A stretch of DNA of 62,833 nt, counting the filler, from Folioceros fuciformis (lineage: Eukaryota), in the NCBI GenBank assembly GCA_049999805.1. It is 5 parts of 4 records of this genome, joined end to end, with 100 filler letters (N's around TTAATTAATTAA, not from the genome) between each part and the next. Parts side by side here need not be neighbours in the genome. Positions count along the whole stretch, not along the records: positions 39,504 to 52,116 come from JBNGIO010005754.1; positions 52,217 to 59,990 come from JBNGIO010005756.1; positions 60,091 to 62,833 come from JBNGIO010005764.1; 2 more parts are not named here. The stretch is one strand, 5' to 3'. The notes beneath the pieces were generated by a model. The model was not told where the DNA came from, did not search any database, and worked only from the letters and a program-made list of their open reading frames with translations. Position numbers and translations under genes: made by a program. Position 1 is the first letter of the stretch; every line of letters begins with the position of its first letter. Shown piece by piece: positions 49,283 through 61,228 of the stretch.

Positions 49283-49879
49283 CTAGTCAAGATGAGCGTT
49301 TGCTGCAACCTCAGAGTCCAATACTACAGCCATATTTTGCAATAGCACTTCGTCCGTGGCAACAAAGTTGTCCACTTCTTCTACAGCTTTGTGCTCAAGT
49401 CTTGAATCTTCACCGTCCTCCTGGTCCGCTGTTGGTGCTTCCCATACCCTCTCCAATGTTTGCTATCTTGGGTCCAAGACCTCATTTGTTTTCCTGCCTC
49501 TCCTCTTCGACGTCAAGGAAACCACTTGCGCTTGGGTTGAGTCCTTCTCGCTGATACAAACCTCCTTGGCCCAGAACTGGGATGGCTCTCTATTATGAGG
49601 GTCGAACGTCAGCTCTTAATCTGCATCTAGAAGCACCTCATACCAGTGGATACGCTTGCCTTTAATGGCTACACAGTTGCGCCCCGATAGCAATGCCGCC
49701 AGCAATGTAGTCCCGCTGCCTGAACAAGCATCAACAATCCACTCTCCCTCTCTACTGAAGCTACAAAGCAACCTGTCCATCAGCCCTAGTGGTCACTGAT
49801 TTGGGCATACAACCCTCTTGTCATGGGAGAGGTAAACATGTTTCTTCACCACTGTATCATGCACAATGATGGACCTCAT
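49283..49879 (-). pseudogene. C-terminal half of a beta-class N4-cytosine/N6-adenine DNA methyltransferase (N6_N4_Mtase-like) with acidic tail
   Basis: One reading frame: ..KRVVCPNQ*PLGLMDRLLCSFSREGEWIVDACSGSGTTLLAALLSGRNCVAIK.., matching the consensus HPxQKPxxLxxxLIxxxSxxGxxVLDxFxGSGTTxxAAxxxGRxxIGxE. It has three internal stops and a final TAG at 49283-49285. Confidence 0.75.
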
Positions 49880-50329
49880 GTTAGAGCATAAGCTTAATAG
49901 CGCTTAGGGTTAGGGTTATGTTATGTTAGATAGGGTTATATATCCAAAGGTCACTTAGTGAAGGGTTGCTTAGTATATAAGACTGTAGAGGAAAAAAACT
50001 TTCAGGACTCCCATTTGTGAGCTCTCGAACTTTGGGGACCAGGGTGGTCTATGGAGGCGGTTGTTGTGGAGACGGTGATGAAGGTTAGGAAAAGGCGAAA
50101 TGAAGGGGAGCGTGCTCGGAGGCTGAGCTTGTATTTGTTCTTGGAAAATAAACGGAGGCAAGGGCGGAGGTAAAATTTGTTGACGTGCAGGGCAAGAGTT
50201 GGTGATTGCCGAAGAAGGTGGTGACGGATGGCAGCCCCTGACGCTAAGGTGGATTGAGCCATAACGGCGGAAGATGGGATCTGAGGTTTGGCAGGATTGC
50301 GTTTTTTTTTGGAAGCCGGGAGTGGTTGG

Positions 50330-50832
50330 ACGGATGATTTTGACTTTGGTGGAGACGATGCGATGATAACAAAGATGGAAAGAGAGCCTTCTCGGAGCTT
50401 GATGATGAGGACGAAGAGATATACCCCGCGAGAAAGATCTACGGTGGTTCACCTGGTGCAGCCCCTGATCATGCTACCACCATGATCCTTAATCTGCGAG
50501 CCAGCCTTGCTGATCGAGAATCTGCAATCAAGTCTTTGCAGGGAACTCTCGATTCCACAACAGCAAACCTTGAGCGGTGGCATGCAGCCTTTCACGATGA
50601 ACCTTTCATGTCGGCTGGTTCTGCCCCAGAACCTGAAGCGGTTGTGCAGGAATTGCAGCGCCTTAGCAACTCTGAACGCCAGATGAAAGAACAGGTGTTG
50701 CTCAGTAAACGGAGAGAGGGTGCTATGATTGTTAAGCTAGCATCAAAGGAGCAAGAACTAAATGAAGTGAAGGCCTCCACCAATGACCTGAAGCAGATGG
50801 TGAAGCCTCCCATGTTGCAGGCAGCACGGCGA
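50330..50832 (+). pseudogene. FIP37: Intronless, 3'-truncated fragment of FIP37/WTAP (m6A writer-complex adaptor)
   Basis: DDFDFGGD (frameshift) GKRAFSELDDEDEE..HATTMILNLRASL..ERWHAAFHDEPFMSAGSAPEP..SERQMKEQ..KRREGA..KEQELNEVK..DLKQMVKPPMLQAARR. Homology stops before the conserved LLLDPA. Confidence 0.8.
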
Positions 50833-52216
50833 CCCCAGAATGCGGCCAGCGACGGCTCCCCGAACTCGGGAGGGCTTGGTGGCGGGGGCACCGCGCACAG
50901 CAGCATTTTGTCCTGACGGCGGAAGGGCCCCATCAGGCCTCTTCTTGAAGCGGGGGTAGAAGGCCCTTTCTTTGCGGTTTTCTGGAGATGGAGGAGAGGC
51001 TTCTTCCAGGAAGGTTCTGGTAGCCCGTTCTTGTAGGCAACGCAAGCGAGGAGGAGTATGGTACACAGCTGCTAGGCCTGCGCGATGCAGGGGAGCTGGG
51101 ATTGGTCAGGGAGCCGCGGATGCGCATTCCATGCTGCAAGGCTACTGCGGCGTACGAGGCTGTAGATTAGTTGATTGATTGCTCTTGGGATCGTGATGGA
51201 GGAGGATGGGAAGGAGAGCGTGGCTCCTCCCGCGAGAGAATGGGTTGGGAAAAACAGGTACAAGGAAGGGGGCCTAACTGTCATCCTGTGCCTGGCGGCG
51301 TGGTCGGTTCTCTCTGGAAGTGCGGGGATTGCAGTCAGATGGTCCGTGGGGATGTATCGCTTCAGCGACAGGCCGGTCGATCACAGGATGGATGCCCTAT
51401 CCTCGTTGCTGATGAATAAGGTGGATGACCGGCGGGAGGTAGCCGGACTCGCTCGCTGGGAGCTGGCGGCAAGAGCTGAGGTCGTGCGGTGGGTTTGGGA
51501 CAAGTACTTCAAGGATCCACACATCAGGATCAGCCGGTTTTGGCAGGAGTGCTTTGATGCTGAGTTTGAGGGGTCTGAGAAGCCGAATCCCCGGATCTTG
51601 ACTGCCGAAGCGGACCCAGCTTCTAAATTACCGCTCTGGCATCAGTGACGCCCATTCGTTCCTGGCGTTTCGACACAGTCTCAATGGAGACCGATGAGCT
51701 TACAGAGGGCAGCACGATTTGAAAATTTGCATTTTGTGTAGACGAAACCGTAGACTGACTATGAGAATCTGACACAGCGTCTTTCCCTGACGCTGACGCA
51801 GTCATGGCTCGGCGGAAGAGGACTCAAGTTGCTTGCAGGAAAAGTCAGACGACGACACGGCGGGTGGCCAGTGTGATAGGCTGGCACTTGCTTTCAGCAT
51901 TTTGACCAGGTGCCACAGAAACAGGAGAACGAAGAAAAGATAGGTACGTTGTTCAGTCTTCCATAGGCCAGCCACCACAGAACAAGTATGCCTCGGTAGC
52001 ATGAAACAGGATGCAGACAAGCTGGATGCCGGCGGCGGGACCCAGGGGGTGGACGAATTTGGGACGCAATCGATTCCGAGCCCTGCGCCCTCACCCTTCG
52101 GGAACTCCATAAAAGANNNNNNNNNNNNNNNNNNNNNNNNNNNNNNNNNNNNNNNNNNNNTTAATTAATTAANNNNNNNNNNNNNNNNNNNNNNNNNNNN
52201 NNNNNNNNNNNNNNNN

Positions 52217-55200
52217 AGAGCTGGGACACCTTTCGTACAGCTCTGAGTAATTCCGCTCCTGCCAGTGGTCTTACCATTGTAAATGTAGAAGGTAGCCAGT
52301 TAACAGAGGAGGTGAACAGGAAGAATATGGAACCTTCGAAAGGTTCCAATGCCCTCATGGTCAGAGGAAGGTCCACTTCAAAGGGGAAGTACAAGGAGCG
52401 AAGTTCTTCCCGTAGTAAATCTCGTAGTTGTAACAATGCTGAGTGTTACCATTGTCACAAGAAGGGTCAAATCAGAAGGGACTGCGAGAAGTTCAAGAAG
52501 GACAAAAGAAAGGAGAAGAAGCAAAGCGACAACAAAGCAAGTCCGAGTACCAAGCCTAACGAGGTGAATTCTGTTGACGATAGAGATGTTCTTATCTCTT
52601 CTTCCTTCGATTCTGCACAATTGACAGCCGTGGAGAGTCACTTATTCTCTAATTGGATAATTGACTCTGGAGCATCTTTCCATGTTACTTCGCATAGGGA
52701 GTGGTTTAGCACGTATGATGCTACTAGGAAAGAATGTGTACGGCTGGGAAATAACTACGCATGCGAGATTGCAGGTGTTGGTGATGTGTAGTTGAAGTTC
52801 GACAACGAATCTTCCTTCGTACTGAAGGATGTTAGGCATGTTCCCAAGTTGGCTAAGAGCATGATTAGTGCAGGGCAGTTGGATGATGCTGGCTACCACT
52901 GTTGGTTTGGAGATCGTTCTTGGAAGATCTCCAAAGGTTCTCTTGTGTAAGCTCGTGGATCGAAATGTGGCACTTTGTACTCACTTCAGGTAACCACTAT
53001 CAAGGATCATGTGATTTGTGTAACGGAACAGCCAAGTGTTTCCTTGTGGCATAGTCGGTTAGGACATATGTCTCAAAAAGGAATGAAGATACTATCTCGT
53101 TTTGGTTACGTCCCTGTTTTTGACTTCTCCGATTTCTCCGTGTGTGAGCACTGTCTGTATGGGAAATAGACGAAGTCACCACATGGAGCAAGAGGTAAAC
53201 ACAAAAGTAAACCTCTTGAGTTGGTTCACAGTGACGTTTGTGGACCTATGCCCACTGTATCGTTAGGCGGTGCATCCTATTTTGTCACTTTCATAGATGA
53301 TTTCTCACGCAAGGTGTGGGTTTATCCTTTGAGGAAAAAGGATGACATTCTAACAGTGTTTCAGAAGTTCGTCACCCTTGTGGAGAATCAGTCTGGCCTG
53401 CGACTGAAAGTCTAAGGACAGACAATGGGGGAGAGTATGTTTCGAAGGCTTTCTAGTCATTCTGTGATTCCAAGGGAATCAGGAGAGAATTGACTGCCCC
53501 GTACACTCCTCCCCAGAATGGTGTGGCTGAACGGATGAACAGGACCATCCAGAAGACGATGCGTAGTTTGTTGTCAAACTCTGGATTGCCTAACGGATTT
53601 TGGGCAAAAGCAGTGGCTACTGCTGTGCATCTTATTAACAGATCTCCCAATAGGGCTATGGATGAACAGGTTCCAGAGGAGATGTGGTCTGAAAAGAAGC
53701 CGTCATACAAGCATCTACAAGTGTTTGGTTGCGAGGCATACTACCATGTTCCGAAGGAGTTTCGGGACAAGTTGGCACCCAAGTCCAAGAAATGTATTTT
53801 TCATGGCTATGGTGAAACTGGTGAGATGGGATACCGTCTATGGGATCCAGAAGCCAAGAGGATGGTTCGCAGCAGTGACGTGTTCTTCAATGAGACCAAG
53901 ATGCACAAGAAGCCTACTCCAACTATGGAAGTGCGACGCGTGGTCTTTCAAGAAGATGGACTAGACCGTCCCGTGCAGGTTGAACGTCATGCTGTGCAGG
54001 AACAAGTTCCTTCACTTGTAGAAAAGGAGAGAGAGCAACCAGCTCCAGTCGAAGCGCCAATGCTTTGTAGGTCAAGAAGGATCTCACGTCCTCCTAACAG
54101 GTATGTTGCATCTCTTGATTATGTCATGCTGGGGGATTGTGGGGAGCCCTCTTGTTACCAAGAGGCCATGTCAGTGACTGACAAGGACAAGTGGGAGAAA
54201 GTGATGCAGTTGCAGATGGATTCGCTCCACAAGAACCAAACTTGGGAGTTGGTTTGCTTGCCTAAGGGCAAAAAGGCGTTGCCCTGCAAATGGGTGTATA
54301 AGATGAAGGACATATCCATTATGGTAAACCCAAGTACAAGGCACGATTGGTTGCGAAGGGTTTTAAGCAACAGCAAGGTATTGACTTTGATGAGATTTTC
54401 TCACCAGTTGTCAAAATGACCACCTTGCGATGTGTTCTTGGTCTGGTTGCGCGGCACGACATGGAACTCATCTAGATGGATGTGAAGTCGGCATTTCTGC
54501 ATGATGATCTCCAGGAAGAGGTATACATGTAGCAACCAGAGGGTTTTATTGAGAAGGGCAAAGAGAGTCTGGTGTGCAGGTTAAAGAGAGCCTTCATGGT
54601 TTGAAACAGGCACCCAGGGAGTGGTATTTCAAGTTCCACTCATTTATGCTTTCTCAAGGCTACAAGTGTTGCGATGAGGATCATTGCCTCTATACGAAGC
54701 AAGCTAAGGATGGAAGCTTGCTCATTCTGGTCCTCTATGTGGATGATATGCTAATTGCTGGGACTAACAGTGATGAGATTTCAACATTGAAGTCAAAGTT
54801 GAATGGTCGCTTTGACATGACAGACTTGGGAGAGGCAAACCATATTCTTGGCATGCGTATTCGTCGAGATAGACAGAAGCGTTTGCTGTACTTGTCTCAG
54901 ACTGAATACATTAACAAGGTGCTTCAACGTTTCCATATGGAGAAGGGGAAGGTATTAAGTACTCCGTTGCCTTCATATGTGAAACTGTCGAGCAAGGATT
55001 GCCCAAGCTCTGCGGAGGACAAAGCTAAAATGGAGAAGCTTCCATACTCATCAGCTGTAGGGAGTTTGATGTATGCAATGATTGCTACACGTCCTTACAT
55101 TGCCTTTGCAGTGGGAGTGGTTAGCAGGGTTATGTCAAACCTTGGCAGGAAGCATGGGGAGGCAGTGAAAGGAGTTATGAGATACTTGAATGGTATGAAA

Positions 55201-56031
55201 GCTCTGTGCTTATGTTTTGGTAGTGAAGATGCATCTATAGAGGGATATACGGATGCTGATTATGCAGGAGATATGGACAAAAGGAGGTCCACATCAGGTT
55301 ACGTCTTCATGTGCACAGGAGGGGCAGTCTCATGGCGATCTCGTTTGCAATCATGCATAACGCTATCTACCACAGAGGCCGAGTATGTTGCAGCGACTGA
55401 AGCATGCAAGGAAGCCATGTGGCTTGCTCATCTAATGGGCGATTTAGGGTTCAAGGTTGAGCTGCCAGTGTTGCATTGTGATAGCCAGAGTGCTATTCAA
55501 TTGGCAAAGAATCCAGTGTTTCATGCGAAGACCAAACATGTGGAAGTGAAGTATCACTTCATTCGAAAGGTGTTGGAAGACAAGAGAGTACAACTTGTCA
55601 AAGTTCACACCAGTCAAAACCCTGTAGATGTTCTCACCAAGGGGCTCTCTTCGGAGCAATTCGCACAAGCTTGGACACTCATGGGCATGAGGTAGACCAC
55701 TCTCCTATCAAGGTAAATTGGCTTTTAAGGGGGCGGTTGTAGGGTTATTAATGCCCAATGTGCCTAGACTAATGTGTTTAGTCTAAGATTAGTGTCTAGT
55801 TAAGTATCATTAGTTTAGATTAGCTTAAGCTAATCTTTAGGAAGCTTCTTGTGCAGCTTCCTGTGGGCTTCTTGTGAAGCTTCCTAGGGAGCTCTTCTAG
55901 AGGGTATAAATACCCCCTTGAGCTCCCTTGTATGTGTGACTCTATTGTGAGAGTGTGACCTCTCTTTCTCCTCTCCTCCTTGCCTCCTCTTCTCCTCTCC
56001 TTCACCATGTAGCTCCTAGAGCGTTCCTTCA
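52217..56031 (+). mobile_element. Ty1/Copia family A, second copy (gag end to 3' LTR 55738-56031), degenerate
   Basis: CYHCHKKGQIRRDC, WIIDSGASFH, LWHSRLGH, VHSDVCGP, LYVDDML and RNase H motifs. Colinear with and visibly highly similar to 39550-42338. Confidence 0.93.
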
Positions 56032-57420
56032 CAAACAGGAGCATCTGGTCAGACAGATAATCTTGTTTGCAAACCTAGAGAAAGCTAAGAAACCACCTGG
56101 CCAGACCCATCAGTTGCGGGCTCGCCATGTCGCGAACCAACCATCCATTAGCCTCCTTCTTCGTGCTTGGTTTGAGCAGTCCTTCAGCGTCTCCCGTACT
56201 CCCCCCATTTCCTCAGGGACTCCAGCACCAATCCTCCCTCTTCTCGCTGGTCACGACCATACACCCTCCTTCCTGTTGAAAGTATATTTAAATACTTAGG
56301 GCAACTCGTATTAGGGCACCCAGTAACATATTAAGTGGGGGATAATAACTGCTATAACTGTCTCTCATGTTTGACATATATAGCGCGCAAGCCGCACGCC
56401 AAAATGTACCCGCTATTTTGCATTCTTGCTTCCGCAGAGTCCTTCTCCCTTCCACTATTCTGCGGGCCAGTTGCCATTTGGCATTGCTCACGCGCCACAC
56501 GTTTGGTTTCTCAAGTTCGCTGATGGCGCAGCAACAGGCGAGCGACAATCCGGCAAGAACATCCTGAAATTATCCATGATCAATCCTGTCTCTGTTATGT
56601 GTTCTGGGATCAAGAATTCGCGCTATTGATTGCGCCTGTAATTGAACCTATTCTGATGCGAGAAGAGGCCCTTGAATCTGCTGGTTCTTGAGTGGACTGG
56701 ACGTTTCAGAATGTGGAGAGCAGCGAGATCGCTGCTACTGTTGATGCGTACTTGGTGATCATGGAGCAATCATGTCGTTGGTGGTTTGCTAAGCAACGTC
56801 AAGGGAGGAGGTCTGTGTTGAGATGTCACCCCCGCCATGCTCAAAGGAGGTTAAAACANNNNNNNNNNNNNNNNNNNNNNNNNNNNNNNNNNNNNNNNNN
56901 NNNNNNNNNNNNNNNNNNNNNNNNNNNNNNNNNNNNNNNNNNNNNNNNNNNNNNNNNNGCATTGTTTTCATGTTCAGCCTGTAGGCAGTCATTTTCACCG
57001 GAATCGTCAGTGCCCTCACAAAAGTACTTTCCCGGTTCAGCATAAAGCCCCAAGGAAAGCCCAGCAGTCTAATTTAGCTCTATTGCATCAGGAGGTTCAA
57101 GCTCTTACCAAACTTGTTTTAGGTCAGGAAATAGCCTTGATCAGTAGATCCTGTCATGTTTTTGCAGCTTTAGTCACAATAAAATCACAGTTAGAGTTCC
57201 TTTGTGCAAAACTTACACTCAAAGATGTTCTCAATCACGACGTTGAAGAATGTGTTCATGTCAATGCCAAGTCAACCAAACCAGTGGCATCAGAACATAC
57301 TCCTCTCGCTGGCATTTGTAATTGTTGTCTAGAGTGTCTTGAATCTGTCTCCTGTCCAGTCGTTGCACCAACTACTGGTGCAAGTCAGAACCCCTCCTCT
57401 TGAATCCTTATCAGTCCGAG

Positions 57421-59990
57421 ATGGGTGACGAAGATGAAGTTGATCTTGCCAGCACGGAACAGGAGAGGCAAGACATACTGAGATCGGATAGAGAAGAGGG
57501 AAGAAGAGACAGGGAAGAAAAGGATCGACTCCCAACAGTAAAGGTTGATTTCAAGGAGAAAGATCGCCTTACCAGCGGTGCTAACTATGATGTCTGGGTG
57601 ATGCGTATGCGTGGTTTCTTGCGAGAGGCTGGCTTGTGGGGACATGTCACTGGAGATGTTTTTCGACCAGTTGATGATGTCCTCAGCCTCCGGAGAATCA
57701 AATCTGCAACACCTGAACAACGACGCTGGGATCAACTAGATGAGAGAGCACAAGGCATCATTCGCATAGGTTTGAGTGAACAAATGGCCTTGAGCGTGAT
57801 AGACGCCAAGACATCTAAGGAAATGTGGGATCACCTGGCCATGGTCTATCATGCCAAGGATATGATGACCAGAATGGCAGCCCAAACTAAATTTCATTCA
57901 CTCAAAATGCGGGAAGGAGAACCTATTGATCAGTTCGTAACACAGTTCCGAAATGCAAGACTTAAACTAAAGCAGACTGGTGCACGAATAAATGAACAGG
58001 ATGCCTGTGTAAGGTTTTTGTCGGCCTTACCTCCAAGCTACTCACACTTCGCGTCCAGTCAGAATGCTGTGCTACGTATGGCTAGACAGTTGGCGTAGTA
58101 GCAAACATTGATGAAGAACAGGTGCCAGCATTGGAGTTCAACGAACTCGTTGGAGCATTACTCCAAGAGGAGATGACAAGGCAGTCATCCAAGCCATTCA
58201 GAAGCCAGGCTCTCTTCACAGACAGACCTAAGGGTGCAAGGAGACCTGGACCGCCACAAGGCAACAAGATTGCTGGTAAAGGCAAGTGGACAAACCCGAG
58301 TGGACTAGGAGAGTCATCGGGAAACAAGAAAAGAGTGGGAAACTGTAATTGGTGTGGGCTTTCCAACCATTGGGAGAGGGACTGCAGAAAAAAGAAAAAC
58401 AATGAGCCGAGACGTGTTCCACTACCTGAGGCACATGTAGCTGCCAAGAAGGAGAAGACATCGCCGTCGGTACTCATGGTTTGTTCATCTCCGAGCCTGA
58501 CCTCTGTCATGGAAGTAGCTGAGAGCAGCACTGATGAGAAGCCGACCAAGAAGTTTCGCCACGTTCACCAAGTACTAACAGTGTGCTTGGATGCCGTCAA
58601 CTCATGTGAGGGAACTTGGTATGTGGACTCTGGTGCCACTACCCATATTTGCTGTGATAGGTCTGTGTTTACAACCTATGTCAAGAATAGAACCCCACAA
58701 ACAGTGTTGTTAGGTGATTGGAAATACATGGAGTAGGAGAGGTTAACTTACGTTTAAAAAATGGTGCCATCCTCACGCTTAGGAATGTTCTCCATGTCCC
58801 CACCATAACAAAAAACTTGCTATCAGTGCATCAACTTACTACAGATAATCGCAGTGAAGTTATTTTTAAGAAGTCTATGTGCTTAATCAAGCAAGCAGGG
58901 AAAACTGTTGCAGTAGGCAGTTTATCGCACGATCTGTTTCTGTTAGATGCACACAGTATATCAGCTCCTTCAGCACAAGTTGCAGGTGTCAGCACATCTT
59001 TACCAGACACTGGGGTAACACAGATCTGGCATATGAGATTGGGGCACCCAAATCCTACTAAGTTAAGTGCAATGGAGAAGTCAGACGTGTATTTTGATGG
59101 TGTACCAAAGAATCTGAGCAGGTTGACTTTTTGTGAGGCCTGCACATTTGCAAAACATCACGTCAAATCTTTCCCTAAAGGTGGTGGCACAAGAGCAACT
59201 GGTTTGTTGCAGTTAGTTCATGCAGATATATGTGGCCCAGTGTCAAAGGATTCTTTTGGCGGGGGCCAGTATTTTCTAACATTTGTAGATGACTACAGTA
59301 GGTATGTGCATGTCTATGTGTTGAAGCACAAAAGCGAAGCATTCGAGTGTTTCAAACATTACCAGGCTTTGGTAGAGCGGCAGCTTGGTGTCAAGATTCG
59401 GTGCCTTCGAACTGACAATGGAGGGGAATTCGATTCAAATGCATTCAATGATTACTGCAACAGTCTTGGAATAGCCCCAGTATACTGTCCCATATAGTTC
59501 CTCACAGAATGGTGTGGCTGAGAGGTGGAACCGAACTAGACAAGACATCACAAGAGCGTTGTTAAAGCAAGCCAAGTTACCGCTAGCCTACTGGGGCGAG
59601 GCGATCACAACAGCAGCTTACCTGCACAACAGGTTGCCATCCAGTTCTGTGCAGGGACGAACGCCATATGAGTTGTGGTGCGGCAGAAAACCTACAGTGC
59701 AACACTTGAGGGCATTTGGCTCTCCAGCCTATGCTCATGTTCCCAAGAAGAAGAGGGAGCATGCCAAGTTGTCAGATCGAGCTGTGAGACGAGTTTTTAT
59801 CGGATATACAGATGGTATTAAGGCTTATAAACTCTTTGATCCTGCAACTCGACAAGTTGAGTATGCCCATAGCGTGATCTTTAATGAGGCTGCACTCTTG
59901 GAGAAGCAAGCTACAGCTGCTGTTGGCGAGAGTGAGACTTCGAATCCCATGCCTGAAACTTCCCCTGCCCAAGAGGATGATATAGTAAAT
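57421..59990 (+). mobile_element. Ty1/Copia retrotransposon C, gag-protease-integrase portion, truncated by a gap
   Basis: NYDVW..LWGHVTG..TSKEMWDHL..LKMREGE..LSALPPSY, CNWCGLSNHWERDC, WYVDSGATTH, WHMRLGH, VHADICGP and LRTDNGGEF. Contains a stop and frameshifts. Confidence 0.9.
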
Positions 59991-60090
59991 NNNNNNNNNN
60001 NNNNNNNNNNNNNNNNNNNNNNNNNNNNNNNNNNTTAATTAATTAANNNNNNNNNNNNNNNNNNNNNNNNNNNNNNNNNNNNNNNNNNNN

Positions 60091-61228
60091 GACGCCGTGC
60101 CTACTAGGTCACCCACCCGCCAGCTACCAGGTTGCCTGCAGCCAGGCTAGGCTGCCTCCCCGTAGCCGGGTGTCCGTGCTGCTTGCCTAGCCCTTGCAAG
60201 CACTCCTCTGCAACCCCTGCTCTCCGTAGCCAGGCCGCCGCTGGCCCGGCCCTCCTCTAGGCACCGGCCTGGCTTAGATCCACCCCGGCCTCCCGCCTGC
60301 CAAGCCTGACCACATCCCGAATCCGGCTACCGCTACCAATCTGGTTCGGCACCCTCCCACTTGGATGTCGACTCGCCAGCCGCTTGGCTGCATAGCTCTG
60401 GCACTACCACAACCCGCCGAAGTGCCCTGCCCCTGACCGCGATCCAGCCCGCTTTCCTCGCCTACAGCTTGGCCGACTGGCCAGAGGCCACTAGCCGACC
60501 TCTAGCCTCCAGATCCAACCAGGCAGCCAACCTGCTCGACTTGGCTGCCCGCTGGATTCAACCGCTGGTCGGGGCTGCCGCTTGCAGCAGCTGCTTGCCT
60601 GCATCTGGCTGGTCTGCTGCTGCAGCCGGCCAGCCTGGATCCAAGCAGCCTAGCCCACCGACTACCTAGTCTGCCAGTTTGGATCCGTCGCCAAGCCGCC
60701 CCGCTGATCCACCTAGGACTGTCTGTCGATCTGGCCTCCTGGCCGGCTAGATCTGCCAGCCTACTACCGGCCGCTTGCCCAGAGGCTGCAACCTGGGGCC
60801 GCAACCTGGCTCCTGCCTTCTGAATCCGGCCAGATCTAGGCCACCGCCCTGATCCCGCCGGTCTGCTAATTTGGCCACCTATGCTCTGGTGATCCCTATC
60901 CACCCGATGCACCAGGGCAGCGTCCCGACACCTCCATCTCTGTCCCCAACTTCCACCATCAACAGCCAGAGGACCCCCAGCTCGCTTTCCACGACGTCCC
61001 AGGTTCCTATTCCTCCGTTACCTTACCCCGAGGAACCAGAGCCCGTGTCCTATCTCCACACAACCTACCTACCCTATCGACTCACCATCAATCTAGCTAC
61101 TATTCTAACCTAACCTTCCAACTTCTCCTCTACAACACTCACTCACAAATCCAAAAAAAAAGGAAAATAATCCAAAAAAAGGAAAACCTATCATTTCCCA
61201 GGGGTCTGTTCAGCATGTGGAGTCCACA
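60091..61228 (-). mobile_element. 5' part of a large GC-rich LTR inserted into Copia D reverse transcriptase
   Basis: The minus strand starts TGTGGAC exactly where RT homology ends (..VHWAAV|), and it shares a 28-bp motif with 42339-43798. Confidence 0.6.

Noticed and set aside
49905-49920. TTAGGG telomere-like motifs (also near 28526)
   Set aside because: Only two copies, lying inside TE-like sequence; not a telomeric array.
49283-50832. Functional link between the methyltransferase remnant and the FIP37 fragment as an m6A-type module
   Set aside because: They are on opposite strands, both are broken, an LTR-like insert separates them, and the methyltransferase motif is not of the MT-A70 type.
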